Notes under the pieces: model-generated
The model's input: the letters and a program-made list of their open reading frames with translations, nothing else
Database searches by the model: none
Told to the model about the DNA's origin: nothing
From: Vicugna vicugna
Lineage: Eukaryota
Length of the DNA: 64,000 nt
NCBI GenBank assembly: GCA_013265495.1
Contig: MU058289.1
Location: 434,001 to 498,000, forward strand
Direction: 5' to 3'
Program-made: the position numbers and the translations under genes
Shown: positions 63,330 to 64,000 of the stretch, one piece after another
Layout: each line of letters begins with the position of its first letter
Position numbering within the stretch: the first letter of the stretch is position 1

Positions 63330-64000
63330 CGTATACTTGGTTTACAATACTGTGTTAGTTTCAGGTGTACAGCAAAGTGACTCAGTTATACACATATATA
63401 TATTTCAAATTCTTTTTCATTATAGCTTATTACAAGATATTAATATAGTTCTATTACCTATACAGTAGGTACTTGTCGTTTATCTATTTTCTTTATAGTG
63501 GTGTGTTATCTGTTAATCTCATACTCCTAATTTGTCCCTCCCCCTCCTTCCCCTATGGTAACCATAAGTTTGTCTTCTATGTCTGTGAGTCTGTTTCTGT
63601 TTTGTAAATAAATTCATTTGCATTATTTTTTAGATTCCACATATAAGTGATATCATATAATATTGTTCTTTCTCCGTCTGACTTACTTCTTTCAGTATAA
63701 TCTCTGGGCCCATCCATGTTGCTGCAAATGGTTAAGATTTCATTCTTTTTATGGCCAAGTAATATTCCATTATACATATACATAATAGAATTTTATACAC
63801 ACACACACACAGCACATCTTCTTTCTTCAGTCATCTGCTGATGGACACTTAAGTTGCTTCAATGCTTGGCCATTGTAAACAGTGCTGCTACGAACACTGG
63901 GGTGCATGCATCTTTTCAAATTAGAGTTTTTGTCTTTTCTGGATATATGCCCAGGAGTGGGACTGCTGGATCATATGGTAACTCTATTTTTACTTATTTA
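63330..64000 (-). mobile_element. LINE-1 3' end, continuing past the window end
   Basis: L1 3' UTR and ORF2 C-terminal sequence, similar to 13410-14050. Confidence 0.9.

Noticed and set aside
1..64000. CRISPR arrays, operons or other prokaryotic systems
   Set aside because: The sequence is clearly mammalian, with spliced genes and no repeat-spacer structure.

Overview
Mammalian genomic DNA, most likely a camelid: it carries a tRNA-derived SINE family and young L1 3' ends of a type I associate with camel/alpaca (inference, not checked). It is syntenic to human 19q13.12. Four intact genes lie on the minus strand, each with canonical splice sites and consistent phases: RBM42 (exons 3-10 only), ETV2 (332 aa), COX6B1 (86 aa) and UPK1A (257 aa). 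A CCAAT-rich, apparently bidirectional CpG promoter at about 3.9-5.35 kb is probably the upstream ZBTB32 promoter, inferred from synteny only. The rest is repeat-rich: a near full-length Tigger1, several L1s, nested MaLR LTRs, SINEs with target-site duplications (TSDs), hAT MITEs and two assembly gaps. The most interesting unexplained signal is a chain of minus-strand, splice-site-bounded, phase-compatible exon-like islands between UPK1A and that promoter (about 12.8-24 kb). It may be an unannotated gene or a decayed gene. I could not assign it to a family.
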